DNA from: Alkalispirochaeta sp.
Lineage (GTDB): Bacteria; Spirochaetota; Spirochaetia; DSM-27196; Alkalispirochaetaceae
DNA: 64,000 bases
Direction: 5' to 3'
Assembly (NCBI GenBank): GCA_965242725.1
Contig: CBDESZ010000030.1
Coordinates: 32,001-96,000 of the forward strand
Of this stretch, positions 1-9,675 are shown one piece after another. Within the stretch, counting starts at the first letter, position 1, and each line of letters begins with the position of its first letter. The notes under the pieces are model-generated. The model had not been told where the DNA came from and did no database searches. It worked only from the letters and a program-made list of their open reading frames with translations. Made by a program: the position numbers and the translations under genes.

Positions 1-2
1 AA

Positions 3-443
3 GAGGTTGACGAGCTGACCACCCCCTCGGAGAGCGGCGGAAATGATGCGTCTCCGGCCGCCTGGGACGTGTGGGTGCCTGAGGGGGACGGGATACCCAA
101 CAGCACGGGGGCGATCACACTCTGTTCCTATCCTCGCGGCCCGATTGTGGATGCCGTCCTGTACACAACCAAGAAGTATGACGTAAGCAGCGACAAACGC
201 GGCTTCGGCCTGACATCCCAGCTGGCTATGTTTGAGGAAGTTGTCGCGCTGGGCGGATGGGAAATTACCGGTGAGTTTGTCATTCCTGAAGACGGTGTCG
301 ATCCGGAAAACAGCACGGCTACACGATCAATCTGCCGTACTCCCGGCGCCCCGGACACCGGCACCGCCGCGGATTGGCATATCACTCCGACAGGCGGTGC
401 CTCTCCGGGTTCACAAAACTCGCCGGACCGCTACAGCCCCTGA
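3..443 (+). CDS. Hypothetical protein, C-terminal part (5'-truncated by window; possibly lamin-tail-like domain)
   Basis: Frame is open from position 3 (EVDELTTPSESGG...) into ORF 69..443; ends ...TPTGGASPGSQNS, a TPG..N-type ending seen in LTD-like domains. Confidence 0.6.
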   Translation, partial: EVDELTTPSESGGNDASPAAWDVWVPEGDGIPNSTGAITLCSYPRGPIVDAVLYTTKKYDVSSDKRGFGLTSQLAMFEEVVALGGWEITGEFVIPEDGVDPENSTATRSICRTPGAPDTGTAADWHITPTGGASPGSQNSPDRYSP

Positions 444-453
444 TGAGAGGCAC

Positions 454-780
454 CTACTCCTGTGACAGCACGGGAGCAAGCATTTCTTTCATCCGTGCGG
501 TAGGTGCCGCACCGAGGTGCTCTGCCACCACTTTCCCATTATGGAAGAGCAAAAACGAAGGGATACTGACCACTTCGTAGCGGTTGGCAAGATCCTGCTC
601 CTCATCCACATTGACCCTGACGATAACAAGCTTGCCTTCGTATTCTGCGGCAAGGTCGTCCAGGACGGGTTCCATCATTTTACACGGCATGCACCAGTCC
701 GCCCAGAAATCGACGAGCACCGGAAGATCCGATTGGAGGACGGCATCATCAAAACGATCGGTGGTGATATCGGTTTTCAT
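454..780 (-). CDS. trxA: Thioredoxin
   Basis: VLVDFWADWCMPCK active site, VVSIP cis-Pro motif; start placed at ATG 780, directly downstream of TTGCCT-17-TACTGT. Confidence 0.95.
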   Translation of the reverse strand: MKTDITTDRFDDAVLQSDLPVLVDFWADWCMPCKMMEPVLDDLAAEYEGKLVIVRVNVDEEQDLANRYEVVSIPSFLLFHNGKVVAEHLGAAPTARMKEMLAPVLSQE

Positions 781-843
781 GACCATACAGTACGGAGACG
801 CCATCAGAAAGGCAACTCATTTCCTTTTTTTCCGACCGTATCT

Positions 844-1680
844 CTAATCTGCACGTGCCAGCTCGCGGGTCAGATGAAAAATTCGTTGATAGAGTTTCCG
901 ATATGATCCGTCGAAATCGTTGCTGCCGCCGTCTGCCGCATCAGCCTCCCCGGCAGCACGGACAAAGGCCGATCCCACAACGGCTGCGTGGGCGTACCTG
1001 AGGACGGCGTCCACCTGCTCCACCGTGGAAATGCCGAAACCCGCAAGTATTTTCGGTGCCGGTGTCTCGTTAGCGCCACCCGGTACCTCTCGCTTTCCTG
1101 TTCCGCTGTCGCGGGTAAGAGATTGAAGAAATGCGACGTTTTCCGCCCCGATTTCGGTATACGCACCGGTTGTACCACGTCGCAATGACGCATATACAAA
1201 CTCGCTTTGCAGGCCGAGGGTAAGGTCAATCCGCTCAGCCGCGGCACCCAGCGCTATCACCGGTACGACTGCAACGCCGTGGGCTTCTCCCGCGGCATAG
1301 AGCCCCTCGTCCAGGTCAACAGGGAGATCCGGTACGATCAATCCCCGCACCCCCCTGGATGCCGCTTCCCGGACATACCGATCGATCCCATAAACGAAAA
1401 CCGGGGAGGCATAGCTCATTACGAAGACATCAACTCCCGCATGTGCCGCGTAGGGAACGATTTCTTCAAGAAAACGCCATCCCTCATCCAGCCGAAAGCC
1501 CGCATTCAAGGCCGCCGATCCTGCACCCTGTATCGCCGGTCCGTCCGCCGTGGGATCACTGAATGGGAATTGCACTTCAAGGTAGGAGGTTCCTCCGTCT
1601 ACCATCGCTCTGGCAATATCTATGCTTCCCCGGCGATCGGGAAAAAAGGGAATCATATGCGTCATCAGTACGTTTTTCAT
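844..1680 (-). CDS. trpA: Tryptophan synthase alpha chain
   Basis: EVQFPFSDPTADGPAIQ, PDLP, GFGIS, VVGSA motifs; ATGA overlap with trpB stop. Confidence 0.97.
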   Translation of the reverse strand: MKNVLMTHMIPFFPDRRGSIDIARAMVDGGTSYLEVQFPFSDPTADGPAIQGAGSAALNAGFRLDEGWRFLEEIVPYAAHAGVDVFVMSYASPVFVYGIDRYVREAASRGVRGLIVPDLPVDLDEGLYAAGEAHGVAVVPVIALGAAAERIDLTLGLQSEFVYASLRRGTTGAYTEIGAENVAFLQSLTRDSGTGKREVPGGANETPAPKILAGFGISTVEQVDAVLRYAHAAVVGSAFVRAAGEADAADGGSNDFDGSYRKLYQRIFHLTRELARAD

Positions 1681-2936
1681 GTTTCTCCCCTTCCCTTGTC
1701 GAATTCAATTTCACTGATAGTCGCGCTTTCACGGAGGAGAAACTCCTTCCACCGGCGCGGCATCAGTTCCTTGGCGGTAATAAACAGATCCTTGTCACCC
1801 CGTCCGCTCATATTGACAACTACCACCGCATCGGACGGCAGAGATCTGGCAACTTCCATTGCGTGCCATCCGCCATGGGCGGACTCAAGGGCAAAGACAA
1901 CGCCTTCATTGCGGGCAAAGAACTGCAGCGCCGAGAGAGCCTGCTCGTCGGTTGCGCGCTGAAACTCTATACGTCCCGATTGTCCGAGGTACGCCAGTTG
2001 CGGCCCGATTCCCGGATAGTCGAGCCCTGCGGAGACGGAATGGGTATCCTGAACCTGTCCCTCGTCATCTAAGAGAAAGAGAGACTTGTAACCCTGGACG
2101 ATACCCGCGCGGCCGGCACCATTCATACGCGCAGCGTGATCGCCGATGGCGGTCCCCCGCCCCCCTGCCTCCACGCCCACCAGCCGCGGTGTGTTCTCCT
2201 CCAGATAGGGCGAAAAAAATCCGATGGCGTTGGAACCGCCACCGACGCATGCCACGAGAACGTCAGGCGTAACTGAGCGGCCGGCGAGTTGCTCCTTCAC
2301 TTCCCGTCCGACCACCGACTGAAACTCCCTGACCATATCCGGGTACGGGGAAGGACCCAGAGCGGATCCGATAATGTAGTGCGTGTCGTCGCACCGGGCC
2401 GCCCAGTCACGGAGCGCCTCATTGACGGCGTCCTTCAGTGTCCGTGCACCTGATGTCACCGGTACCACCTTCGTCCCAAAGAGTTCCATCAGAAAGACGT
2501 TTGGCCGTTGACGGGCGATGTCCACCTCACCCATATAGACTGTGCACTCAAGGCCAAGTTTGGCGCATATCGCCGCGGTAGCGAGACCATGCTGTCCCGC
2601 CCCCGTCTCGGCGATAATTCGCGTCTTTCCCATTCGTTTCGCCAGAAGGGCCTGACCGATCGCATTATTCACTTTGTGGGCCCCCGTATTGGCGAGCCCC
2701 TCAAGCTTAATGTAGAGCTGTGCTCCGCCAAGCTCCCGCGTTGCGTTCTCCGCGAAGAGGAGCGGCGTCGGTCGTCCCGTGTACTCCCGGTGTATGCGGT
2801 TTACATCATCCCAGAAGGCGGTATCGGACATTGCGTCGCGGAAGGCACGCTCAAGTTCATCCAACGGACCGCGCAGTACTTCCGCCACGTATTTCCCGCC
2901 AAATTCGCCAAAGAATCCGGTTCGTTCACTTTTCAC
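1677..2936 (-). CDS. trpB: Tryptophan synthase beta chain
   Basis: GRPTPL, TGAHKVNN (PLP Lys), AETGAGQHG, CVGGGSN, SAGLDY, SGRGDKD; GTG start at 2936 after GGAGGAGG. Confidence 0.98.
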   Translation of the reverse strand: MKSERTGFFGEFGGKYVAEVLRGPLDELERAFRDAMSDTAFWDDVNRIHREYTGRPTPLLFAENATRELGGAQLYIKLEGLANTGAHKVNNAIGQALLAKRMGKTRIIAETGAGQHGLATAAICAKLGLECTVYMGEVDIARQRPNVFLMELFGTKVVPVTSGARTLKDAVNEALRDWAARCDDTHYIIGSALGPSPYPDMVREFQSVVGREVKEQLAGRSVTPDVLVACVGGGSNAIGFFSPYLEENTPRLVGVEAGGRGTAIGDHAARMNGAGRAGIVQGYKSLFLLDDEGQVQDTHSVSAGLDYPGIGPQLAYLGQSGRIEFQRATDEQALSALQFFARNEGVVFALESAHGGWHAMEVARSLPSDAVVVVNMSGRGDKDLFITAKELMPRRWKEFLLRESATISEIEFDKGRGET

Positions 2937-4609
2937 TTTGATTCCTCCTCCCACGTCTTTTCCGCCCCGGCGGCAGCGCCGTCAATGGCGGCAAAATACC
3001 GCTCCATTTTCTGCCGGTCTTTCACTCCCGGTTCCGACTCCAGACCGCTTGATGCATCGACCAGTTCCGGCTGCCACCGGATGATCGCCGAAGCGATGGT
3101 GTCCGGGTTGAGCCCGCCTGCAAGCCACAGTGCTCCGTGGGGTCGGCATCGCAGCGATTCGGTCACCGCCGACAGGATCTCTTCGTCTACCGATTGCCCC
3201 GTACCTCCCGGCGCGTACGGATCATAGGCGTCGATGAGGAAGCGCGGAGTACGCAAAGCCGTTACAACGGATTCCACCGCGGCGGGATCCGAAAAACGGA
3301 CCGCTTTGTACACCGGCCAACCGTAGTGCAACGCCTCGTCGGGACGGGAGGAGCCGTGCAACTGAATCGCATCGAGAACACCTTCCCGGAGATCCCGTAC
3401 GGCGGCGCTGCAGAGCGCGGCGTTCCGTTCTCCCTTCTCGCTTTCTTGCACCGGATCCCCCCCGGTCTTGCCCTTTTCCACCACCACTCCTACGAGGGGA
3501 ATCGTCACCCCCGCTTCCCTGAGCGACGAAGCAAGCCCGTCAGGCGCCGTCCGCGGCGATGCGGCGTATATAAGCCCCAGGAGATCCGCGCCGAGCCGCT
3601 GTGCCCAAAGGGCGTCCTCGACGGAGGTAATTCCGCATATCTTGACAAGGGGCCGCCGGAGAACAGTTCCACCCGCCCCGGTCTCTCCTGCTTTTGCCGC
3701 ATATTCATCCCGACGCAGAGCGAGGGCGGTCCAGAACGGCAGCTTCCCCGCACGGTCGGTCCGTGGCGGCCTCAGGGGCGGGCTCGCGGTCGGCTCACCC
3801 TGCGGTTCCCGCGTTCCGACGCGGCGGGTCGCGGCCTCACCGATTCCTTCACTGCGACTCTCGTCTACAAGCGCTCCGACCCGTCGCGGGTCGCGGACGA
3901 CCGACTCGCCAACCAGTACCGACCGAAATCCGCCGTCCCGGGCAAGACGGATATCTTCACGATTGAAGATTCCCGACTCAAAGACCCGCACACAATCCCA
4001 GTCGATTCGGGACGCGAGGGCAAGGGGCCCCAACAGATCCACCCGAAAGGTCCGCAGATCGCGGCTGTTTATTCCTATCACCGGGGGGCGAAGGGGAGCG
4101 ACTCGGCGCAGCTCATCGTCATTGTGTATCTCCACGAGCGGTGTGATACCGAGCTCCGTCGTACGTCGGAGCATTGCCGCCAGTTGCGGAGTATCAAGCA
4201 CGCCAGCGATGAGCAGAACCGCGTCGGCGCCGGATCGCCATGATGCGACAATATCCTCTTCATCTACGAGAAAGTCTTTCCGCAATACCGCAAGATCGGG
4301 GAAGGCTTCCTTGACCGCGATCAGATCCGCCAGCGAACCGCCGAAGTACTCCTCCTCCGTCAACACGCTGACCGCTTGTGCGCCGGCGTCCCTGTATCGG
4401 CGCGCCCGCTCCACCGGGTCAAGGCCGCCGTCGAGCTCGCCCCTCGAGGGACTGCGCCGTTTTATCTCGCAAATCACTGGCCCGGGAAAGGGAATAACCG
4501 GAACGTCTCCTCTCGTCGCGGGCAGATCAATACCCTGGGTGTGACCGCCGGCGGCGGCGATTCGCTTCCTCCGCGCATCGACGATACGGGTCAGAATATC
4601 GCCCTTCAC
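2933..4609 (-). CDS. trpCF: Bifunctional indole-3-glycerol-phosphate synthase / phosphoribosylanthranilate isomerase
   Basis: N-half EIKRRSPS, LRKDF, GINSRDL, ESGI; C-half VKICGIT, QLHG, GGTG, LAGGL, DASSGLE. Confidence 0.95.
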   Translation of the reverse strand: MKGDILTRIVDARRKRIAAAGGHTQGIDLPATRGDVPVIPFPGPVICEIKRRSPSRGELDGGLDPVERARRYRDAGAQAVSVLTEEEYFGGSLADLIAVKEAFPDLAVLRKDFLVDEEDIVASWRSGADAVLLIAGVLDTPQLAAMLRRTTELGITPLVEIHNDDELRRVAPLRPPVIGINSRDLRTFRVDLLGPLALASRIDWDCVRVFESGIFNREDIRLARDGGFRSVLVGESVVRDPRRVGALVDESRSEGIGEAATRRVGTREPQGEPTASPPLRPPRTDRAGKLPFWTALALRRDEYAAKAGETGAGGTVLRRPLVKICGITSVEDALWAQRLGADLLGLIYAASPRTAPDGLASSLREAGVTIPLVGVVVEKGKTGGDPVQESEKGERNAALCSAAVRDLREGVLDAIQLHGSSRPDEALHYGWPVYKAVRFSDPAAVESVVTALRTPRFLIDAYDPYAPGGTGQSVDEEILSAVTESLRCRPHGALWLAGGLNPDTIASAIIRWQPELVDASSGLESEPGVKDRQKMERYFAAIDGAAAGAEKTWEEESK

Positions 4610-6273
4610 GATTCCGACCTGCGATGTGTTACGGCAATAACCTTCTCCAGCGTTGCCATAACGTTACCCGATTCCAGCGCCTGCCGCGCCTCGGCGACGC
4701 CGGCAGTAATGGTCTCGGCGATACCATAGAGGTGGAGCGCAGCTCCTGCATTCAGCACCACGGCGTCATGGAGGGCCGCCAGCACGGGATTGACGATCCC
4801 GTCCGACCCATACCCGTTATCCCCGGAGAGGAGCTGCAACGCCACCTCCGCATTCTCCTCTGCATTTCCGCCAACGAGGGATTCCGACGGATGCGTGTGA
4901 AGACCATAATTCTCCGGTCCAAGGACAAACTCATCAAAAGACGCGGTCTCCGGGCCCGGCTCCTGACCTGAAACGCCCGCCTCAAAAAGAATGATCCGTG
5001 TCGGCGCGCATACGCTGATTTCATCCTGGCCGTCCAGACCGTGAACGACCATGCCCCGCTGTATTCCCAGGCGGATCGCCGCCTCCGCGACGGGTCGCAT
5101 GAACTCCTCCGCAAAGACGCCGATCAGCTGGAACTCCGCCCGGGCGGGATTCACAAGCGGACCAAGGAGATTCATGATCGTCTTGATGCCGAGCTCCCGA
5201 CGGGCGGGACCGGCAAATCGCATCGCCCCGTGGTAGAGGGGCGCGAAGAGAAAGGCGAATCCCGCCTCGTCTATGGACTCGGCGGCGCGTTGGGGCGTGA
5301 TATCGATGTTGATACCCAGAGCTTTATAAAAATCGGCACTGCCGCTTCGGGAACTTACGGCGCGGTTACCATGCTTGGCCACCCTGGCGCCGCAGCTGGC
5401 CGCTACCAGCGCCGTCAGAGAACTGATATTGAACGTCCCCAGGCCGTCTCCGCCGGTGCCGCAGGTATCCAGAAGCGGTCCCGCCACTTCAAGGGGTGTC
5501 CGCTTTCTCTGCAGCACCTGGGCGCATCCGGCAATTTCCTCCGCCGTGATCCCCTTGGCGTTCAGGGCGACGAGAAAACCGGCGATCTGGGCGTCGGTCA
5601 GGTTGCCGTCGGTCAGCTCCTCCATGAACTCCGACGCCTCAGCCTGGGCCATATCATTCCCGCCGATGATGTTCTGGAGGTAAAAGCGCGGTTCAAAGGG
5701 CTCCCGCCGATAGTTGAGAAAATTCGCCAGCAGTTTCTTTCCGTCGCCACTCGCAACTGATTCAGGATGAAACTGAACGCCCTCCACCACAAACTCCCGG
5801 TGGCGCAATCCCATGATTTCGCCGTCCTCGCTGCGGGCGCTCACTTCGAGCACCTCCGGAAGGCTTTCCTCCTCCACCGCGAGGGAGTGGTACCTCACAA
5901 ACTCTGCGGGCGAATTGATCGCCCGGAAAACACCACGACCGTCCACCTTCATGCGGTCCATCTTCCCATGGACGATACGGCGCGCCTTCACCACGACACC
6001 GCCGAAGGCTTCGCCTATCGCCTGATGGCCGAGACAGACGCCCAGGATGGGAATCTTCCCTGCAAACCGTTGTATCGCTTCGACCGAGATTCCCGCGTCG
6101 GCGGGACGTCCCGGTCCCGGAGAAATGATCAGCCGGCTCGGTCGCAGCTTCTCAAGATCGTCTACGGAAAGCCGGTCGTTCCTGACTACCCGCACCGGCT
6201 CCGTCGTCAGTTCGGATACATACTGATAGAGGTTGTGGGTAAATGAATCGTAGTTATCGATAAGGACAATCAT
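4606..6273 (-). CDS. trpGD: Anthranilate synthase component II fused to anthranilate phosphoribosyltransferase
   Basis: IDNYDSFT, SPGPG, GVCLGHQ, QFHPES, then DTCGTGGD, FNISS, KHGNR, NLLGPL. Confidence 0.97.
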   Translation of the reverse strand: MIVLIDNYDSFTHNLYQYVSELTTEPVRVVRNDRLSVDDLEKLRPSRLIISPGPGRPADAGISVEAIQRFAGKIPILGVCLGHQAIGEAFGGVVVKARRIVHGKMDRMKVDGRGVFRAINSPAEFVRYHSLAVEEESLPEVLEVSARSEDGEIMGLRHREFVVEGVQFHPESVASGDGKKLLANFLNYRREPFEPRFYLQNIIGGNDMAQAEASEFMEELTDGNLTDAQIAGFLVALNAKGITAEEIAGCAQVLQRKRTPLEVAGPLLDTCGTGGDGLGTFNISSLTALVAASCGARVAKHGNRAVSSRSGSADFYKALGINIDITPQRAAESIDEAGFAFLFAPLYHGAMRFAGPARRELGIKTIMNLLGPLVNPARAEFQLIGVFAEEFMRPVAEAAIRLGIQRGMVVHGLDGQDEISVCAPTRIILFEAGVSGQEPGPETASFDEFVLGPENYGLHTHPSESLVGGNAEENAEVALQLLSGDNGYGSDGIVNPVLAALHDAVVLNAGAALHLYGIAETITAGVAEARQALESGNVMATLEKVIAVTHRRSES

Positions 6274-7676
6274 GCTTCCGCCTCCAGTCCGACGGCGCGC
6301 ATCAGCGCCGCAAGTTTCTCATTTGTTTCCACAAACTCCCGCTCCGGCGTCGAGTCGTAGACAATACCGGCACCTGCCTGCAGAAAGAGAGAATCCTCCA
6401 TCTTCAGACCGGCACGAATGGTGATACAACTGTCCATATTGCCGTCGGGCTCGAAGTACGCAACCACTCCCGCATAGAACCCTCGCCGCACCGGTTCTAT
6501 GGAGTCGATCGTCTCGATTGCGCGAATCTTGGGCGCTCCCGAGACGGTACCGGCAGGAAAGGTTGCACGCAGTGCGTCTATTCCCCGTTTTCCCGGGGCA
6601 AGTTCGCCGTCCACCTGACTGACGATATGCATCACCCGGGAATAGCGCTCCACCGCATGATAATGGGAGAGACGGACCGAACCGGGCTTGCACACCCGCC
6701 CGAGATCGTTCCGGGAGAGGTCGACGAGCATGAGGTGTTCCGCAAGCTCCTTTTCATCATCAAGGAGTTCTTTTTCCAGCGCCCGGTCCTCCTCCTCGGA
6801 CGCGCCCCGGCGCCGTGTACCGGCAATGGGACGCATGGTGGCAACACCGTTCTTTACCCGAACATGCATTTCCGGGGAAGCGGCAAAGAGCTGATACCGG
6901 CCGAAGTCCAGGTAGACCAGGTACGGCGCGGGATTTGAAGAGCGCAGCCGCCGGTACGCCTCAAGCGCGGTCATGGCGGTCTTCACCTCACGTCGCCGGG
7001 AAAGGACTCCCTGCAGAAGATTGCCTTCGACAATCTCCTCTTTCACCGTCTCCACTCCTCTCTCAAAGCGGGAACGGTCCTCGGGGTCCTCCACCACCGC
7101 AGCGCCATGGTTCTCGCCGTCGTGCTGCATGTAATTGAAATTCAGGTCGTGAATGGCCGCCTCGGTCTCCCGGAGCGCCGACTCGAGATCGATTGAACGT
7201 TCCGCATAGTTCAAACCGATGAGGTACAGGAGATCGCTGTAGTGGTCAAATACGACAAGGACATGTCCAAAGAGGAAGACACCGTCGGGAAGACCGAGGG
7301 GGTCTTCGCGGTCGGAAAAATGAATCGTATCGCAGTACCGGGAGAACTCGTAGGAGAGGAAACCGATCCCTCCGGCGGGAAAGGGAAAATCCTGCCGCGG
7401 CGGGGCGTGCTGGTCCGCAAAGTAGGCCAGAATATCAAGGATATCCCGGGCTTTGCTTTTGATCCGCACCTTCTTTTCGCCGTCATCAAAGAAAATCCGC
7501 CCTCCCTCCTGAGAGACACGGAACGCCTCCCGCACCATGAGCAGGGAGTAGCGCGCCCGCCCGCCTTCAAAGGTTGCCGACTCCAGCATCGCCCGTGCGG
7601 AGAGTTTCCGGGCCAGCGCGTACGGCGTAAAGCGCTCGCCTGAAAGTACCTTGATCACCTGATTTCCCTCGCTCAT
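6270..7676 (-). CDS. trpE: Anthranilate synthase component I
   Basis: LES, NPAPY, ASPE, PIAGTRRRG, EHLMLVDLSRND, FPAGTVSGAPK, QAGAGIV; SD AAGGAGGAG upstream. Confidence 0.97.
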   Translation of the reverse strand: MSEGNQVIKVLSGERFTPYALARKLSARAMLESATFEGGRARYSLLMVREAFRVSQEGGRIFFDDGEKKVRIKSKARDILDILAYFADQHAPPRQDFPFPAGGIGFLSYEFSRYCDTIHFSDREDPLGLPDGVFLFGHVLVVFDHYSDLLYLIGLNYAERSIDLESALRETEAAIHDLNFNYMQHDGENHGAAVVEDPEDRSRFERGVETVKEEIVEGNLLQGVLSRRREVKTAMTALEAYRRLRSSNPAPYLVYLDFGRYQLFAASPEMHVRVKNGVATMRPIAGTRRRGASEEEDRALEKELLDDEKELAEHLMLVDLSRNDLGRVCKPGSVRLSHYHAVERYSRVMHIVSQVDGELAPGKRGIDALRATFPAGTVSGAPKIRAIETIDSIEPVRRGFYAGVVAYFEPDGNMDSCITIRAGLKMEDSLFLQAGAGIVYDSTPEREFVETNEKLAALMRAVGLEAEA

Positions 7677-7721
7677 CGCTCCTCCTTTTCAATTTGCCGC
7701 TGCCGTCTTATTTCGGGACAC

Positions 7722-7746
7722 AAAAAAAGCCGCGTATAGACGCGGC
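7722..7746 (-). terminator. trp attenuator terminator 2 (promoter-distal)
   Basis: Minus strand GCCGCGT-CTAT-ACGCGGC followed by T7. Confidence 0.85.
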
Positions 7747-7751
7747 TTCTC

Positions 7752-7793
7752 AAAAAAAAAGTGCCGCGAACCGAAAACCTCGGTCCGCAGCAC
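7752..7793 (-). terminator. trp attenuator terminator 1 (promoter-proximal)
   Basis: Minus strand 14-bp stem GTGCTGCGGACCGA-GGTTT-TCGGTTCGCGGCAC (two G-U pairs) followed by T9. Confidence 0.85.
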
Positions 7794-7817
7794 CTCATAC
7801 GACGGATGCGGACCGTG

Positions 7818-7892
7818 TCACACGGTCCACCACCACTGCTGATTCAACATTCGAGAATAGAATCCATGTGCGCGTAGCTTTGCTCCCCGCAT
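7818..7892 (-). CDS. trpL: trp operon leader peptide MRGAKLRAHGFYSRMLNQQWWWTV (alternative start at 7850 gives MLNQQWWWTV)
   Basis: Hand-translated; three consecutive TGG codons (7827-7835) just upstream of alternative hairpins and two terminators before trpE. Confidence 0.9.
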   Translation of the reverse strand: MRGAKLRAHGFYSRMLNQQWWWTV

Positions 7893-7899
7893 TCCGTAA

Positions 7900-7929
7900 A
7901 CTATAGCGCGAATGTCATATTATCGTCAA
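7900..7929 (-). promoter_or_regulatory. sigma70 promoter of trp leader
   Basis: TTGACG (7929-7924) N18 TATAGT (7905-7900), 7 nt before the trpL ATG. Confidence 0.65.
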
Positions 7930-7943
7930 GAATTCTCGATCAA

Positions 7944-8510
7944 CTAAATGACCGATAACTCTTCAAGGGCATCGATTTTCCGGGCGTCGCCGGTCGACGG
8001 TTTGCCGCTCATTCTTTTCCCCGCCGGTCCGGCGCCGGAAGATGTGCCGCCGGTGGATCCAACTGCGCCTTCTGCAACAGCCGTCTCTTCCGTAACGACG
8101 GCGCTCTCAAGGCTCTCCGACGCTCCCTCCTCAAGATCATACTCGTCACGTTCCACATCCTCGGGATCGACGAGCTCCTTCTTCCGCATCGGCCGAAACT
8201 CAACATGTTCCGCCACAATCTTCACCCGGGAACGCGGCCGTCCCTCACCGTCCTTCCACCGGTCCTGTTTCAGCCGTCCCACAACACGCACGCCCCGTCC
8301 CTTCCTGAGGAACTCAGCGCAATTCTCACCCAGCTTGCTCCACACTTCCACGTCAAAAAATGACGTCTCCTTGTGCTGATCTTCATCTTTCCGGTACAGA
8401 TGGTGGCTGCCCATTGAAAAATTGCACACCGACGTCCCCTGGGGCGTCGTCGTCAGCACGGGATCGCGGGTGAGGTTTCCCTCCATCAGAATCGAGTTCA
8501 GATCGTTCAT
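7944..8510 (-). CDS. ssb: Single-stranded DNA-binding protein with long atypical C-terminal tail
   Basis: LNSILMEGNLTRDP, FFDVEVW, LRKGRGVRVVGRLKQDRW OB-fold; SD AGGAGG. Confidence 0.93.
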   Translation of the reverse strand: MNDLNSILMEGNLTRDPVLTTTPQGTSVCNFSMGSHHLYRKDEDQHKETSFFDVEVWSKLGENCAEFLRKGRGVRVVGRLKQDRWKDGEGRPRSRVKIVAEHVEFRPMRKKELVDPEDVERDEYDLEEGASESLESAVVTEETAVAEGAVGSTGGTSSGAGPAGKRMSGKPSTGDARKIDALEELSVI

Positions 8511-8734
8511 ACGACCCTCCTGAAATTGGTTTACCTAACCCACGTCGGCGCCGGCAATATCGCTTGAAATATCGCCATATTTCAGGATTTTTTATGTTGA
8601 ACCGAAGGTCACCGCGGTCCCTTCCCCCTCCGCCGTCAGGCGCAAACATTACAAATGTGTAATCCCCGCCGCCCCGGTTTTCTTTGAAATTATCGTCCCT
8701 CCGTGGTAGCGTAAGCGCCTTACGGAGGTAATGA

Positions 8735-9628
8735 ATGATATCGAAACCAAAACCAGTGCAGAAACCGCTCCATGTCGTCATCATGGGAGCGACGCTCCTT
8801 CTCGCCGGTCTTATCGCCCTTCCCGCCGGCGGCCGACAGGAAAGGACGCCGCCGTCCCGACAGACCCGTGAGAGTGGTGATTCGACACGCATCGAAATCC
8901 AGCAGACGTCGAATCAAAACGCACCGACGACGCCACAACAGCAACCCGCCGAAGAGAAGGAACCCTCCCGACAGCAGAATTCGGAAAACACCGTCCCCAT
9001 CAACCGGCCTGCATGGCTGGTGACGGTCCACCGGTCCACGCAGAACATGCAGCAGGAGATTTCCAAGACCATTGACACTGGTTATATTCCCGTCGGCATG
9101 GAAGTGGATGTGGACGGCTCTTTTACGGTTCTGTACACAATTGCCGCGGAAATGGTGCCGGAACGCTGGATGATTGAAACGTATCAACCTGACGAGGTCA
9201 ATGAGGAACTGACGACCCGGCTGCTTGAAGGGTGGAATCCCCTCGGGTTTTCCGTACTGAACGATCAGATCGGGGTAATGTACGGCTCCGGTGCATCGGA
9301 GATTTCGGCGTGGCGTATTCATGAGACGAAACTTAATGAAGAGGAACTTCTCGCCACGATCCGGAGCTATAAAAATGACGGCTATTCCCTCGTGGATATC
9401 AGCATAGACCCCGAGGATGAAGTCTTGTGGTACCTCTTTGTGCAGCAGGAAGGCCGCCCGAGTGGACGCAATTCCCGGTTATTTCTCAACGCCTACCCCA
9501 AGGGAGAGAATACAATCGCCGGAATTTCAACGGATTACACCGCCGGCAGAGGAATGCCATATGGGATTGCCATCGGCGACGCCGTGAGTCTCGTACCATT
9601 TATCACTCCCGTTACTGAAAAAGAATAG
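8735..9628 (+). CDS. Hypothetical exported protein (signal peptide, Q/P/T-rich linker, repeated globular units)
   Basis: SD GGAGG; hydrophobic N-terminus followed by AGGRQE, a typical spirochaete exported-protein start. Confidence 0.8.
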   Translation: MISKPKPVQKPLHVVIMGATLLLAGLIALPAGGRQERTPPSRQTRESGDSTRIEIQQTSNQNAPTTPQQQPAEEKEPSRQQNSENTVPINRPAWLVTVHRSTQNMQQEISKTIDTGYIPVGMEVDVDGSFTVLYTIAAEMVPERWMIETYQPDEVNEELTTRLLEGWNPLGFSVLNDQIGVMYGSGASEISAWRIHETKLNEEELLATIRSYKNDGYSLVDISIDPEDEVLWYLFVQQEGRPSGRNSRLFLNAYPKGENTIAGISTDYTAGRGMPYGIAIGDAVSLVPFITPVTEKE

Positions 9629-9645
9629 TCTCATACGTTAAACAG

Positions 9646-9666
9646 AGGGGGCTTGCCAAGCCCCCT
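9646..9666. terminator. GC-rich hairpin, probable terminator
   Basis: AGGGGGCTT-GCC-AAGCCCCCT just after the 8735..9628 stop; weak U tails. Confidence 0.55.
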
Positions 9667-9675
9667 GCTTCAAAA

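Noticed and set aside
7694..7930. T-box riboswitch or plus-strand ORF 7694..7906 upstream of trpE
   Set aside because: No convincing T-box stem I/specifier; the TGGTGG sequence is explained by the Trp codons of the leader peptide; the plus ORF is an antisense shadow
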